Below, piece after piece: positions 42,202 to 50,948 of a DNA stretch of 64,000 nucleotides (positions are counted from its first letter, which is position 1; each line of letters starts with the position of its first letter). Position numbers and translations under genes: made by a program. A model generated the notes under the pieces. It ran no database searches. It saw only the letters and a program-made list of their open reading frames with translations, and was not told the origin of the DNA. Origin of the DNA: an uncultured Elusimicrobia bacterium (GTDB lineage: Bacteria; Elusimicrobiota; Elusimicrobia; 2-01-FULL-59-12); assembly GCA_963702895.1 (NCBI GenBank), contig OY969767.1:384001-448000 (forward strand), read 5' to 3'.

Positions 42202-43116
42202 TTATTTCCGCCAATAGTACCACCACGACAGAACCAAGGCCACGGAAACCCAGGCCGTGCAAAGGATGCCCCAGAAAGCCCACCCTGCGTGCTGGCCGGG
42301 GAAAGAAACGTTCATGGAGAAGATGCTCACCACGAGGTTCGGCAACATGATGCAAATCGTGATCAGATTCAACGTCTTCATGAGGATGTTGAGGTTGTTG
42401 TTGACGATGGAGGCGCGCGCGTCCATCAGGCTCGCCAGGATATTAGAGTAAATCTCGGCCTGGCGAAAGGATTGCTTGTTTTCAATGATGATGTCTTCGA
42501 GGAGGTCCTGGTCCTGGGTGTTCAAGAGTCCCAACTTGTCCGCGCCTGACTTCAGTCGATCAAAGATGGACCCATTGGCGTTGATGGCGTTTAAGTAATA
42601 GACCAACGACTTCTCCAGGCTAAACAAATGGAAGATATGCTTGTTGTCAATCGAGACGCCAATCTTCTCCTCTAAGCTATCCGAGATCATACTGATCACT
42701 TTCAAGTGTTCCTGGTAGTGACGGATGGCACCGAGGATCACTTTGAGAAAAACGTCATTGACCGACTGGACAGAACGGAAAGGTCTTTCCGCGAAAGGCT
42801 CAATCTTGTCGTTGACCACAATCAGCAGACGATCCGTGAACAGAAAAAGCCCGAGCGAAGCGACTTTGAAAAGGAATTGCTTCCGGCCGGAGTAATTTTG
42901 CGGGTATTTAATGATGACGACCCGATGGTCCGGCTCGCTTTCAATGCGCGAGGGCTCTTCCGAGTCGAGGGAAGACGTCAAGTTGTGCTCATCGATGGGA
43001 AACGTTTGAAGGACGCTGGTTCGCTCCTCCGGTGTGGGCGTCCGCAAGAGCCATACGACAGGCTGAGGACCGTTTTCGACCAGCTGTGCATTTACGATCG
43101 CGAATTGCTGAAGCAT
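42202..43116 (-). CDS. corA: CorA-family divalent cation transporter
   Basis: LEKSLVYY, NNNLNILMKTL, two C-terminal TM helices, FSMN signature variant. Confidence 0.88.
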   Translation of the reverse strand: MLQQFAIVNAQLVENGPQPVVWLLRTPTPEERTSVLQTFPIDEHNLTSSLDSEEPSRIESEPDHRVVIIKYPQNYSGRKQFLFKVASLGLFLFTDRLLIVVNDKIEPFAERPFRSVQSVNDVFLKVILGAIRHYQEHLKVISMISDSLEEKIGVSIDNKHIFHLFSLEKSLVYYLNAINANGSIFDRLKSGADKLGLLNTQDQDLLEDIIIENKQSFRQAEIYSNILASLMDARASIVNNNLNILMKTLNLITICIMLPNLVVSIFSMNVSFPGQHAGWAFWGILCTAWVSVALVLSWWYYWRK

Positions 43117-43253
43117 TCGAATGCTATTTTAGTTCATTCAGGATGGGCTTGATACTGCTTTGGATCCGTTGGGGCAAGACCAGGGGCTTGCCCCCCCCCG
43201 TGAGCCATCACCGGCCTCCGGACAATAGTATTCAGATCATGGAAGAGTCCCGG

Positions 43254-46200
43254 CTAGGCGTGTCGAAGGGCTGGCTGCATCGCCGGGCTTTTGGCTTTGC
43301 TCTCGGGGACTCCTTGATAATACTCCTGAAGCGCTTTGGGCGGGATCTCGGCGTGTTGAATGGCTTCGATGGCCTCGACGCTCGCCCGGGCAGCGGCCAT
43401 GGTGGTCATGTAGGGGATCTTGTACTGGACCGCCATCATGCGAATGGACCTGACATCCGATCGGCCGCTTTTGCCATGCGGCGTATTGACGATCAAATGG
43501 ATCTCCTTGTTTTTGATGAGGTCGGCGATGTTGGGGCGCCCTTCGCTCAATTTCTTGGCCAGCGTGTTGGGGACGCCTTTGGAGGCAAGATAGTCGCTTG
43601 TGCCTTCGGTGGCATAGATGCGCAAGCCCAGCTTCACCAGCCTCTGGGCGATTCCCAGGGCTTCGGCCTTATTTTTGTCCGCGACGGTGATGAGCGCGTT
43701 TCCTTCCGAGGGCAGCCGCGTGCCGGCCGCGTCCTGGGCTTTGTAAAAAGCGAGACCAAAGGTGTTCGCTAGTCCCATCACTTCTCCCGTGGACTTCATC
43801 TCAGGGCCGAGGAGAGGGTCCACTTCCGGGAACATGTTGAAGGGGAAGACCGCCTCCTTGACACCCACGTAGGGGATGGCCCGCTTGGTGAGCTCCGGGA
43901 ATTCCGCCAATCTTTTTCCCAGCATCAGAAGTGTCGCGATCCGCGCGATGGGAATGGCGGTGACCTTGGACACGATCGGAACGGTTCGTGAGGCCCGGGG
44001 GTTGGCTTCCAAAACATACACCTTGTTATCGCAGATGGCGTACTGGACATTGATGATCCCGGAGACCCGCAGCTCCCGGGCGATTTGCGCGGTGTATTTT
44101 TCGATGGTCTGGAGATGCTCTTCCTTGATGGTGCGGGAGGGAATGGAGCAGGCTGAATCACCGGAGTGGACGCCGGCGTGCTCAATATGTTCCATCACCG
44201 CGGGGACAAAGGCGCTCGTGCCATCCGAAAGAGCGTCCACCTCCACTTCCACGGCGTTCTCCAAGAAGCGGTCGATGAGCATGGGGTGCTCGGGACTCAC
44301 CTGGATCGCCTCCCGGGCGTATTTTTCGAGCATCGCGTCATCATAAAGGATCTCCATCCCGCGGCCTCCCAAGACAAAGGAGGGACGGACCATCAAGGGA
44401 TAGCCGATTCTCTTCGCGATCGCGACGGCCTCTTCCATGGAACGGGCGGTGGCGCCTTCCGGCTGAAGGACGTGGAGATCCATCATTTTTTGGCGGAACA
44501 GTTCCCGGTCCTCGGCGAAGCTGATGCTCTCGGGCGTGGTCCCTAAGATGTTGACCCCCGCGTCCTTGAGCTCCTGGGCGATGTTCAAGGGCGTCTGTCC
44601 GCCGAACTGCACAATCACCCCGAGGGGCTTTTCCTTCTCATAGATGGCCAGGACATCCTCAACGGTCAGGGGCTCAAAATACAGTTTGTTAGAGGTGTCA
44701 TAATCGGTGGACACCGTTTCCGGATTGCAATTGACCATGATCGATTCATAGCCTTCATCGCGCAGGGCAAAGGCCGCGTGCACACAGGTGTAGTCGAACT
44801 CAATCCCCTGGCCGATGCGGTTGGGGCCACCGCCTAAGATCATCACCTTTTTATTGGAGGAAACGGGCGCATCCTCCTGGCCCGGGACATAGGTGGAGTA
44901 GTAATAGGCGGCATTCTTGACGCCGCTCACCGGGACCGCTTCAAAGCGTGCCACCTTGCCCAGGGAGATCCGCTTCTCCCGGACTTGTTTTTCCTTCACG
45001 TGAAAGATCCGGGCGAGGTAGCGGTCCGAGAAACCCCACTCCTTGGCTTTTTTCAAATCGGCCTCGGGAAGCGACGTCCAGGAGCGCTTCAGCATTTGTT
45101 CTTCGCATTCCACCAATTCCTTCATTTCCGAAAGGAAATAGGAATGGAGGTGGGTGAGCTGTCGCAAGTCCTCCACCGTCATGCCCTTCCGGAGGGCTTC
45201 GTAGATTAAAAAGATCCTTTCACTCGATGGAGAGGCGAGACGGGTTTTGAGGTCCTCCAGCGGCAACGCTTTGAAATTTTTGGCTCCGCCCAAGCCGTGC
45301 CGGCCGATTTCCAGGGACCGGATGGCTTTCTGAAGCGCTTCCTTGAAGGTTTTGCCGATGCTCATGACTTCGCCCACGGCCTTCATCTGGGTCCCCAGGA
45401 GGTCCTGGGCTTGCGGGAACTTCTCAAAGGCCCAGCGCGCAAATTTCACCACCACGTAAGAGCCGCTGGGTTTGTATTTTTCCAGGGTTCCTTCTTTCCA
45501 ATAGGGAATCTCGTCCATCGTGAGCCCCGCCGCCAGTTTCGTCGAGATGCGGGCAATCGGAAACCCGGTCGCTTTGGAAGCCAAGGCGGAGGACCTTGAG
45601 GTGCGCGGGTTGATTTCAATGACCACCAGCCGGTCATCCACAGGATTATGAGCAAATTGGATATTGGTTCCGCCGACCACGCCGATCGCATCCACGATCT
45701 TGTAGGAGTAGTCCTGCATTTTCTTCTGTAATGTCTCGGGTACCGTGAGCATCGGGGCCACGCAGAAACTGTCTCCCGTATGAACGCCCATGGCGTCGAC
45801 GTTTTCGATGAAGCACACGGTGATCTTCTGGTTTTTATGGTCTCGGACGACTTCCAGTTCCAATTCCTCCCAGCCGATCACCGCTTCTTCCACGAGCACT
45901 TGGTGCACGAGGCTTGCCGCCAAACCGCGGGCCACGATGACGCGAAGTTCCTCGACGTTGTAGGCGATCCCGCCGCCGGTCCCCCCCATCGTGTAGGCCG
46001 GACGCAGGACGACCGGATAATGCAGGCGCTCGGCAATTTGTTCCGCCTCTTCCACGGAGAGGGAGATCTCGCTTTTGGGGAGATCGATCCCCAATTGCTT
46101 CATGGTGTCTTTAAAAATCTGCCGGTCTTCTCCCCGTTCGATGGCATCCGCTTTGACGCCGATGACTTCCACGTTATATTTCTTGAGAATGCCCGCCTTG

Positions 46201-46508
46201 TGGAGGCTCGAGGCCAGGTTCAGTCCTGTTTGACCGCCCAGGTTGGGCAAGAGGGCGTCGGGCCGCTCTTTGGCAATGATTTTTTCGAGCCATTCCACGG
46301 TCAGGGGCTCAATGTAGGTTTTGTCGGCCATGTTGGGATCGGTCATGATCGTGGCCGGGTTGGAATTCACGAGGACAATCTCGTAGCCTTCTTCACGGAG
46401 GGCTTTGCAGGCTTGGGTGCCGGAATAATCGAATTCGCAGGCTTGTCCGATAATGATGGGACCCGATCCGATGATGAGGATTTTGTGGATATCTTTTCGT
46501 CGTGGCAT
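43254..46508 (-). CDS. carB: Carbamoyl-phosphate synthase large subunit
   Basis: MPRR..IIGSGPIIIGQACEFDYSG, duplicated ATP-grasp domains, MGS domain. Confidence 0.97.
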   Translation of the reverse strand: MPRRKDIHKILIIGSGPIIIGQACEFDYSGTQACKALREEGYEIVLVNSNPATIMTDPNMADKTYIEPLTVEWLEKIIAKERPDALLPNLGGQTGLNLASSLHKAGILKKYNVEVIGVKADAIERGEDRQIFKDTMKQLGIDLPKSEISLSVEEAEQIAERLHYPVVLRPAYTMGGTGGGIAYNVEELRVIVARGLAASLVHQVLVEEAVIGWEELELEVVRDHKNQKITVCFIENVDAMGVHTGDSFCVAPMLTVPETLQKKMQDYSYKIVDAIGVVGGTNIQFAHNPVDDRLVVIEINPRTSRSSALASKATGFPIARISTKLAAGLTMDEIPYWKEGTLEKYKPSGSYVVVKFARWAFEKFPQAQDLLGTQMKAVGEVMSIGKTFKEALQKAIRSLEIGRHGLGGAKNFKALPLEDLKTRLASPSSERIFLIYEALRKGMTVEDLRQLTHLHSYFLSEMKELVECEEQMLKRSWTSLPEADLKKAKEWGFSDRYLARIFHVKEKQVREKRISLGKVARFEAVPVSGVKNAAYYYSTYVPGQEDAPVSSNKKVMILGGGPNRIGQGIEFDYTCVHAAFALRDEGYESIMVNCNPETVSTDYDTSNKLYFEPLTVEDVLAIYEKEKPLGVIVQFGGQTPLNIAQELKDAGVNILGTTPESISFAEDRELFRQKMMDLHVLQPEGATARSMEEAVAIAKRIGYPLMVRPSFVLGGRGMEILYDDAMLEKYAREAIQVSPEHPMLIDRFLENAVEVEVDALSDGTSAFVPAVMEHIEHAGVHSGDSACSIPSRTIKEEHLQTIEKYTAQIARELRVSGIINVQYAICDNKVYVLEANPRASRTVPIVSKVTAIPIARIATLLMLGKRLAEFPELTKRAIPYVGVKEAVFPFNMFPEVDPLLGPEMKSTGEVMGLANTFGLAFYKAQDAAGTRLPSEGNALITVADKNKAEALGIAQRLVKLGLRIYATEGTSDYLASKGVPNTLAKKLSEGRPNIADLIKNKEIHLIVNTPHGKSGRSDVRSIRMMAVQYKIPYMTTMAAARASVEAIEAIQHAEIPPKALQEYYQGVPESKAKSPAMQPALRHA

Positions 46509-46692
46509 AACGCACCTGCTTCTATTCTTAAAGAGATTTCCGATGAGGCTCGGCCGCCGGAATGACGGGCGCACTCCCTGAAAAGAGCGATATACCTTAT
46601 AAAACTCCAAACGGCTTTGTCACGAGAAACTCCCTGACTCCCTGAGGAGGGCGCTGCCGGCAGGCGACCAGGCTGTCCTAAGCTTGCCGGGG

Positions 46693-47661
46693 TCAGAGAC
46701 TGCTGATCGAAGGGGCTTCTGGTGGGCTGTCCGCCGGATCGGAGAGGTTGAGGGTTTCCACCGCATGAACATCCGAATCGGCTTTTCCGAGGTCCGTAAT
46801 GGCAAACTGGCGGTCTTGCCATGTGGGGAATAGGGTCCGGTAAGAGGAAGGAGGTTCCGGGCTCAGGGATACGCTCCGCTTGGAATGTTGTCTCACAACA
46901 CGGTCCACTTCAGCTTCTGAAATCTGCGAGGTGGAAGCCGTTGGCGCTTGGTCTGTCAATGCCGCGGTGGCCGTCTTAGGGCTTACAAATTCGGTCACGG
47001 TCAGCTCCTTGATGAGAAGTCCCGAACCAAAGGGGTTTCCCATGGGCTGGTAGTTATCTTCGTTGCCAAAATAAATGTTCATTCCTTTCAAGGGGAGTGA
47101 TCCCGGAGGCAGCGTGATCCAAATATCCTGCTCCGCCGCGCCGACGGTCACATGGGCGCGTGAAAACATATAGCCCTGGTCCCAGACGCCTCCTGTCCAA
47201 CGATCCCAATGGGAGACCATAAACTTCGTGAAGCCATTGAGACCTTTGACCTTGAGATGATATTGGCAGCCTCCTTGGGAGCAATTCAAATTGCGACCCA
47301 GTGATTCTTCGAAATCAATTGCCGCCATGGCCCAACGGGAACCCCTATTGACCACGCGTAAAACGAAGCCTTCCGGGTTGGGTTCATAGGCGCCATCGCC
47401 AAAGATCTCCCAGGCCCAGCTCGGCTTATTGACGAGATTAAAGGTGGTGTGAGGAGAGTTGGGTGAGGGGGAACTCGGCTGAGTGTTGGTGACGAGAGGG
47501 GTCGCCAGAGGAGGTGTGGAAGGCGTTGTGGGAGTTGAGGGAGTTGTGGGTGTTGTGGGCGGTGTGGGGTTCGGCTTCTTGCATCCGCTTCCCACGAGCA
47601 CTGTCAGACAGATTGCCAGTGCCATCACGGCCGATGACGCGCTCGATCTCTTGAAGTTCAT
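46693..47661 (-). CDS. Lipoprotein with Pro/Thr-rich linker and Trp-rich beta domain
   Basis: Lipobox GSGC; TPTTPS repeats; AAGGAGG RBS. Confidence 0.7.
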   Translation of the reverse strand: MNFKRSSASSAVMALAICLTVLVGSGCKKPNPTPPTTPTTPSTPTTPSTPPLATPLVTNTQPSSPSPNSPHTTFNLVNKPSWAWEIFGDGAYEPNPEGFVLRVVNRGSRWAMAAIDFEESLGRNLNCSQGGCQYHLKVKGLNGFTKFMVSHWDRWTGGVWDQGYMFSRAHVTVGAAEQDIWITLPPGSLPLKGMNIYFGNEDNYQPMGNPFGSGLLIKELTVTEFVSPKTATAALTDQAPTASTSQISEAEVDRVVRQHSKRSVSLSPEPPSSYRTLFPTWQDRQFAITDLGKADSDVHAVETLNLSDPADSPPEAPSISSL

Positions 47662-47817
47662 ATCCCGCCTCCTTACAAGAGTCTAATATCAGCGTGGGAA
47701 TGAAGCTATAGAACTGACGGGAAAAAGAAAAAGGCCTTTAGACACATAAGATTTTTGTGCCCATACGTTCACTCGGCTCTCTGCTCTGCCGTTCATGTTG
47801 GGGACACCTTTTCATGA

Positions 47818-47966
47818 TGAATGGGTGGTGAATAGGTGATGAATAGGTGATGAATAGGTGAACTGGCGGTTTTATCGTCTCAACAGCCATTCACCTATTC
47901 ACCGTGAATAGGTGGCTATTGTATGAATAGGTAGTGAATAGGTGATGAATAGGTGATGAATAGGTG
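47818..47966. repeat. 11-bp periodic TGAATAGGTG array
   Basis: Direct copies at 47829, 47840, 47851, 47905, 47924, 47935, 47946, 47957; degenerate copy at 47818; inverted copy at 47892. Confidence 0.9.
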
Positions 47967-48053
47967 ACTTTGTGGCGCTTAGAATCGGGAGGGCGACAAA
48001 CGCCATGATCCGAAATGGAAAGGAAAAATGTGACGGGACATCAGCAGGCGGTC

Positions 48054-48296
48054 TTACGAGTGGTCGCAGATGTTATCGCGGCTGGTTTGAAACCCAGCGC
48101 CGGCGTTGTGAAATTTGCCGCGGGAGCGCAAGAACTCCACAAGCTCCTCGGCCGTGAGATCCTGTGCGGAACAGGTGTGAAAGCGGGCGTCCTCGCCAAA
48201 GCGCTTCCGGATGGCGCGCACGAGCGAGGCGTCCGTGAAAGCCTCCTTGGATTCAAGCATCATGCGCATGACTTCATGCCCATGAATAGAAGCCAT
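48054..48296 (-). CDS. yecH: YecH-family (DUF2492) metal-binding protein
   Basis: SIHGHEVM, FGEDARFHTCSA, RGKF, ICDH. Confidence 0.88.
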   Translation of the reverse strand: MASIHGHEVMRMMLESKEAFTDASLVRAIRKRFGEDARFHTCSAQDLTAEELVEFLRSRGKFHNAGAGFQTSRDNICDHS

Positions 48297-48342
48297 CAAG
48301 CCTTCACCTTTTGTTCCGCACGCCGACTCGAGCAACGGGATC

Positions 48343-48888
48343 TCAACGGCCGGCAACGGGTTCCCGAGCAGGCTCCGCGGGAGTTGGGTGAAGGGATTCC
48401 ACCAGCTCCAGCTGCCCGCTCTCAACGTGGAAGATAAACCCGTGGATGGGAATGTCCTTGGGAATAAAGGGGCATTCCCTTATTTTTTTCAACTGGGACT
48501 TCAGATTGGTCTTGAGGTCTTTGAAAGGGTAGAACTTCACGCCTTTTGCGTCCGCTCCGGTGTCACGGGTCAGCTGGGCTTGCAGCGCGGACTCGTCAAA
48601 GGTGAGCATGCCGCAATCGGTATGCTCGATCACATAGAATTCCCGGGTGCCCAGGAGCTTGTACGAGATCACCAACGACCGAATGGCGTCGTCGGTGACC
48701 AAGCCCCCTGCATTCCGGATAATATGAGCGTCGCCGGTACGCAAACCCAAGACCTCTTCCACGTTCAAGCGGGCATCCATACAGGCCACCACGGCCAGTT
48801 TCTTGGAAGGCGGCATCGCCAGCTTGCTGTGATCGAACTGGGCGGCGTACAAACGATTCTCATCCAGACTGCGTTGTAGCTGGGACAT
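48343..48888 (-). CDS. Beta-class carbonic anhydrase (clade D-like)
   Basis: CMDAR, RNAGG, HTDCG. Confidence 0.92.
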   Translation of the reverse strand: MSQLQRSLDENRLYAAQFDHSKLAMPPSKKLAVVACMDARLNVEEVLGLRTGDAHIIRNAGGLVTDDAIRSLVISYKLLGTREFYVIEHTDCGMLTFDESALQAQLTRDTGADAKGVKFYPFKDLKTNLKSQLKKIRECPFIPKDIPIHGFIFHVESGQLELVESLHPTPAEPAREPVAGR

Positions 48889-49155
48889 AAATACCTCCTG
48901 TTATCACAGTCACTTTTGATAGCGGACTTCTTTTGTCTTGTATCTAGTATACATTAAACAGCACAGCCCTGTTCAAGGCCTATTTTTAGGCTTACCGCAC
49001 AGGACTCATAACGATTTTATGGCTCTGAGTGCTCAGCTAGGGGTGAGTCGCCTTAAGCTCTGAGTTCTGAGCCCTGAGCTGATTTTTGGGTACTAGGGAG
49101 TGCTGCTCGCTTTCATCGGCGGGACAGGTCCCGGCCCGAACCGCGTTCGGCGCTC

Positions 49156-49281
49156 TTAGCCGGGAATCTGCAGTTGTCGTCATCCCGGTGAAAACCGGGA
49201 TCCAGTCCATCGTCGATGTACTGGATACCGGCTTCCGCCGGTATGACGGCACTAAAAAGACCAGACATGTCAGTCGATTAA
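49156..49281 (-). mobile_element. REP-carrying MITE without the 24-nt modules; one end degenerate
   Basis: TTAGCCGGGAATCTGCAGTTGTCGTCATCCCGGTGAAAACCGGGATCCAG...CCGGTATGACGG. Confidence 0.78.
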
Positions 49282-50066
49282 CCACGGTCAACCGAACCTT
49301 TCGGGTTAGCCTCCGATCCGTGAGGCGGGCGGACAAGCTCGCCAAATTGGTCTTGGGTGCCGCAATAGACATTCAAATCGACCGGGCCGCGGAGGCCGGG
49401 GACCCGGCCGAGAGCGCTGTGCTGCCAAAACACCCATTCCGTGCAAGGGGCGAGTGAGGGTTCCTTGACGACATTCCGGATCCAAAGCCGGTGTGGCGGG
49501 AAGTTGTGCTCGTGACCTTTGAGATAGCGTTTATAGAAGTCCGGCGTGACATAGAACACCGGGGGGCCGGGGAAACGGCGAGAAATCGCGGCAACGAAAC
49601 TGGCCACTTCGCGCTCGACCTCGGCACGGGAGGGTATGCGGCGGCAACTGCCGCTGAATTCGAGGTCAAGTGCCGGCGGAAGGGCGTTCGGATCAGGCGG
49701 CACTGTTGCCAGGAAATTGCGCGCCTGCTCTTTTCCAGGCCGGCAGAAGTTAAAAAAGTGATAGGCACCGCGGGCAATGCCGTTCTTCGGGCATTGGGTC
49801 CAATTGTAGAGAAAACGAGGATCTCTAAAATCCGTCCCTTCGGTAGCCTTGATATAGGCAAACTGCACGCCGTGGAGGCTCGCCTCAAACCAGCCGATAT
49901 GGCCCTGATGGCGGCTGACATCGACGCCGCGAACCGGGAAGCGTTCCGGGGAAGGAAAGTTCAAGCGCAAGAGCCCGGCGTAGTAGATTCCCATCACGGC
50001 CAGAACCACTATCAAGAGCGTCACTGTGGTCTTGTTTCCGATGCGCCTTCGATCCCTCAAGCCCAT
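49278..50066 (-). CDS. GH25 lysozyme/muramidase
   Basis: GVDVSRHQG, YIKATEG, GAYHFF, LDLEF, VDLN; N-terminal TM. Confidence 0.93.
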   Translation of the reverse strand: MGLRDRRRIGNKTTVTLLIVVLAVMGIYYAGLLRLNFPSPERFPVRGVDVSRHQGHIGWFEASLHGVQFAYIKATEGTDFRDPRFLYNWTQCPKNGIARGAYHFFNFCRPGKEQARNFLATVPPDPNALPPALDLEFSGSCRRIPSRAEVEREVASFVAAISRRFPGPPVFYVTPDFYKRYLKGHEHNFPPHRLWIRNVVKEPSLAPCTEWVFWQHSALGRVPGLRGPVDLNVYCGTQDQFGELVRPPHGSEANPKGSVDRG

Positions 50067-50493
50067 GGCCAGAGAATCTTAGCAGAACGCGGAGGAAGCT
50101 AAGGGATGCTTCTCGCTCGTCTCAGAACTGGTTCCAGGGGCGGCCGCGGGCGTCGCGGTACGACTGAAGATCGACTTCTTCACGGAGCAGAGCTCTTTTC
50201 TACGGGCGAGACTGGACGGGATTCCATCCGCCACTTCTCGCAACGCTCGCGGGCCTCTGAGGAGATGGGGTCACCGAGACCCTCGAGAATCCAAACGACG
50301 GCGCAGGGGTCCTCTTCTATCTGAGCCTCTCCTCCAATTCAAGATTCAGATTATCAATACCGGGCCCCCCGTGCAAGCTGTGTCTCTGGCGCAAGAGGAA
50401 GCTGGTTCTTCAACCCGAGAAGGTCTTTAAAACGCTGTAGTCATCTGCGAATCTTAATCAATCGGCTCGTATATTTAGAGGTATAATTAAACA

Positions 50494-50693
50494 TAAGCTG
50501 AATTCGGTTACGGGTCGTTTGAAGCGGCCCTGATGAGCCGAAGTGGGGAACCCAAAACGAACCTCGGATGTTACGAGGATCTCGGGGCGAATCCGAGCGC
50601 AGATGCGCTCGTCCGTCAGAAGTGTGGCGGATTGTGTAGGGCCTCCAAGCCCGAGCCCGACAGCTAACCTCGCAAGCGTATAAAACGAGAGAG
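50494..50693 (+). ncRNA. c-di-AMP (ydaO/yuaA) riboswitch
   Basis: Consensus blocks in order: GCTGAAT..GGGGAACC..GGGGCGAATC..GTAGGG..CCCGAGCCCGACAGCTAACCTCGCAAGCG..GAGAG; TATAAT at 50482; precedes a KimA-like gene. Confidence 0.9.
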
Positions 50694-50697
50694 CAAG

Positions 50698-50731
50698 GCC
50701 AGAGAGCTGAACTCTTTGGCTTTTCCTTTTT
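50698..50731 (+). terminator. Intrinsic terminator acting as riboswitch expression platform
   Basis: GCCAGAGAG-CTGAA-CTCTTTGGC followed by TTTTCCTTTTT. Confidence 0.75.
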
Positions 50732-50744
50732 CGGGGAGTCATCC

Positions 50745-50948
50745 ATGCGTCTCCTCTGTTGGCGTCTATGGCTCAGAGCCGTCCTCACCCTGTTCATCAC
50801 CTGCCAGCTCTATGCGGTCGCTATTTCTCCAGAACTGGAATGCGCCCAGAAGTCGGAATTTCCCGAAAGACTCGCCTGGGCGTTCTTGATCGCCTTTGGC
50901 ATCGGAATCGCGCTGGGCCTTTCACTGCATAACGGGAGGAAACGCTAA
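50745..50948 (+). CDS. Small 67-aa membrane protein coupled to the transporter
   Basis: GGGGAG RBS; two hydrophobic segments; TAATG stop/start overlap. Confidence 0.55.
   Translation: MRLLCWRLWLRAVLTLFITCQLYAVAISPELECAQKSEFPERLAWAFLIAFGIGIALGLSLHNGRKR

Noticed and set aside
42202..42340. CorA SMN instead of GMN as a novelty
   Set aside because: A single-residue signature variant is too weak to infer changed specificity.
46510..46690. PyrR site or riboswitch upstream of carB
   Set aside because: No recognisable consensus and no clear terminator.
47818..47966. CRISPR array
   Set aside because: Units are 10-11 bp in tandem with no unique spacers, and there are no cas genes in the window.
49021..49085. 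Degenerate heptamer runs (TGAGYTC-like; similar runs at 53880-53943)
   Set aside because: Short, degenerate and without an associated gene, so no function can be supported.
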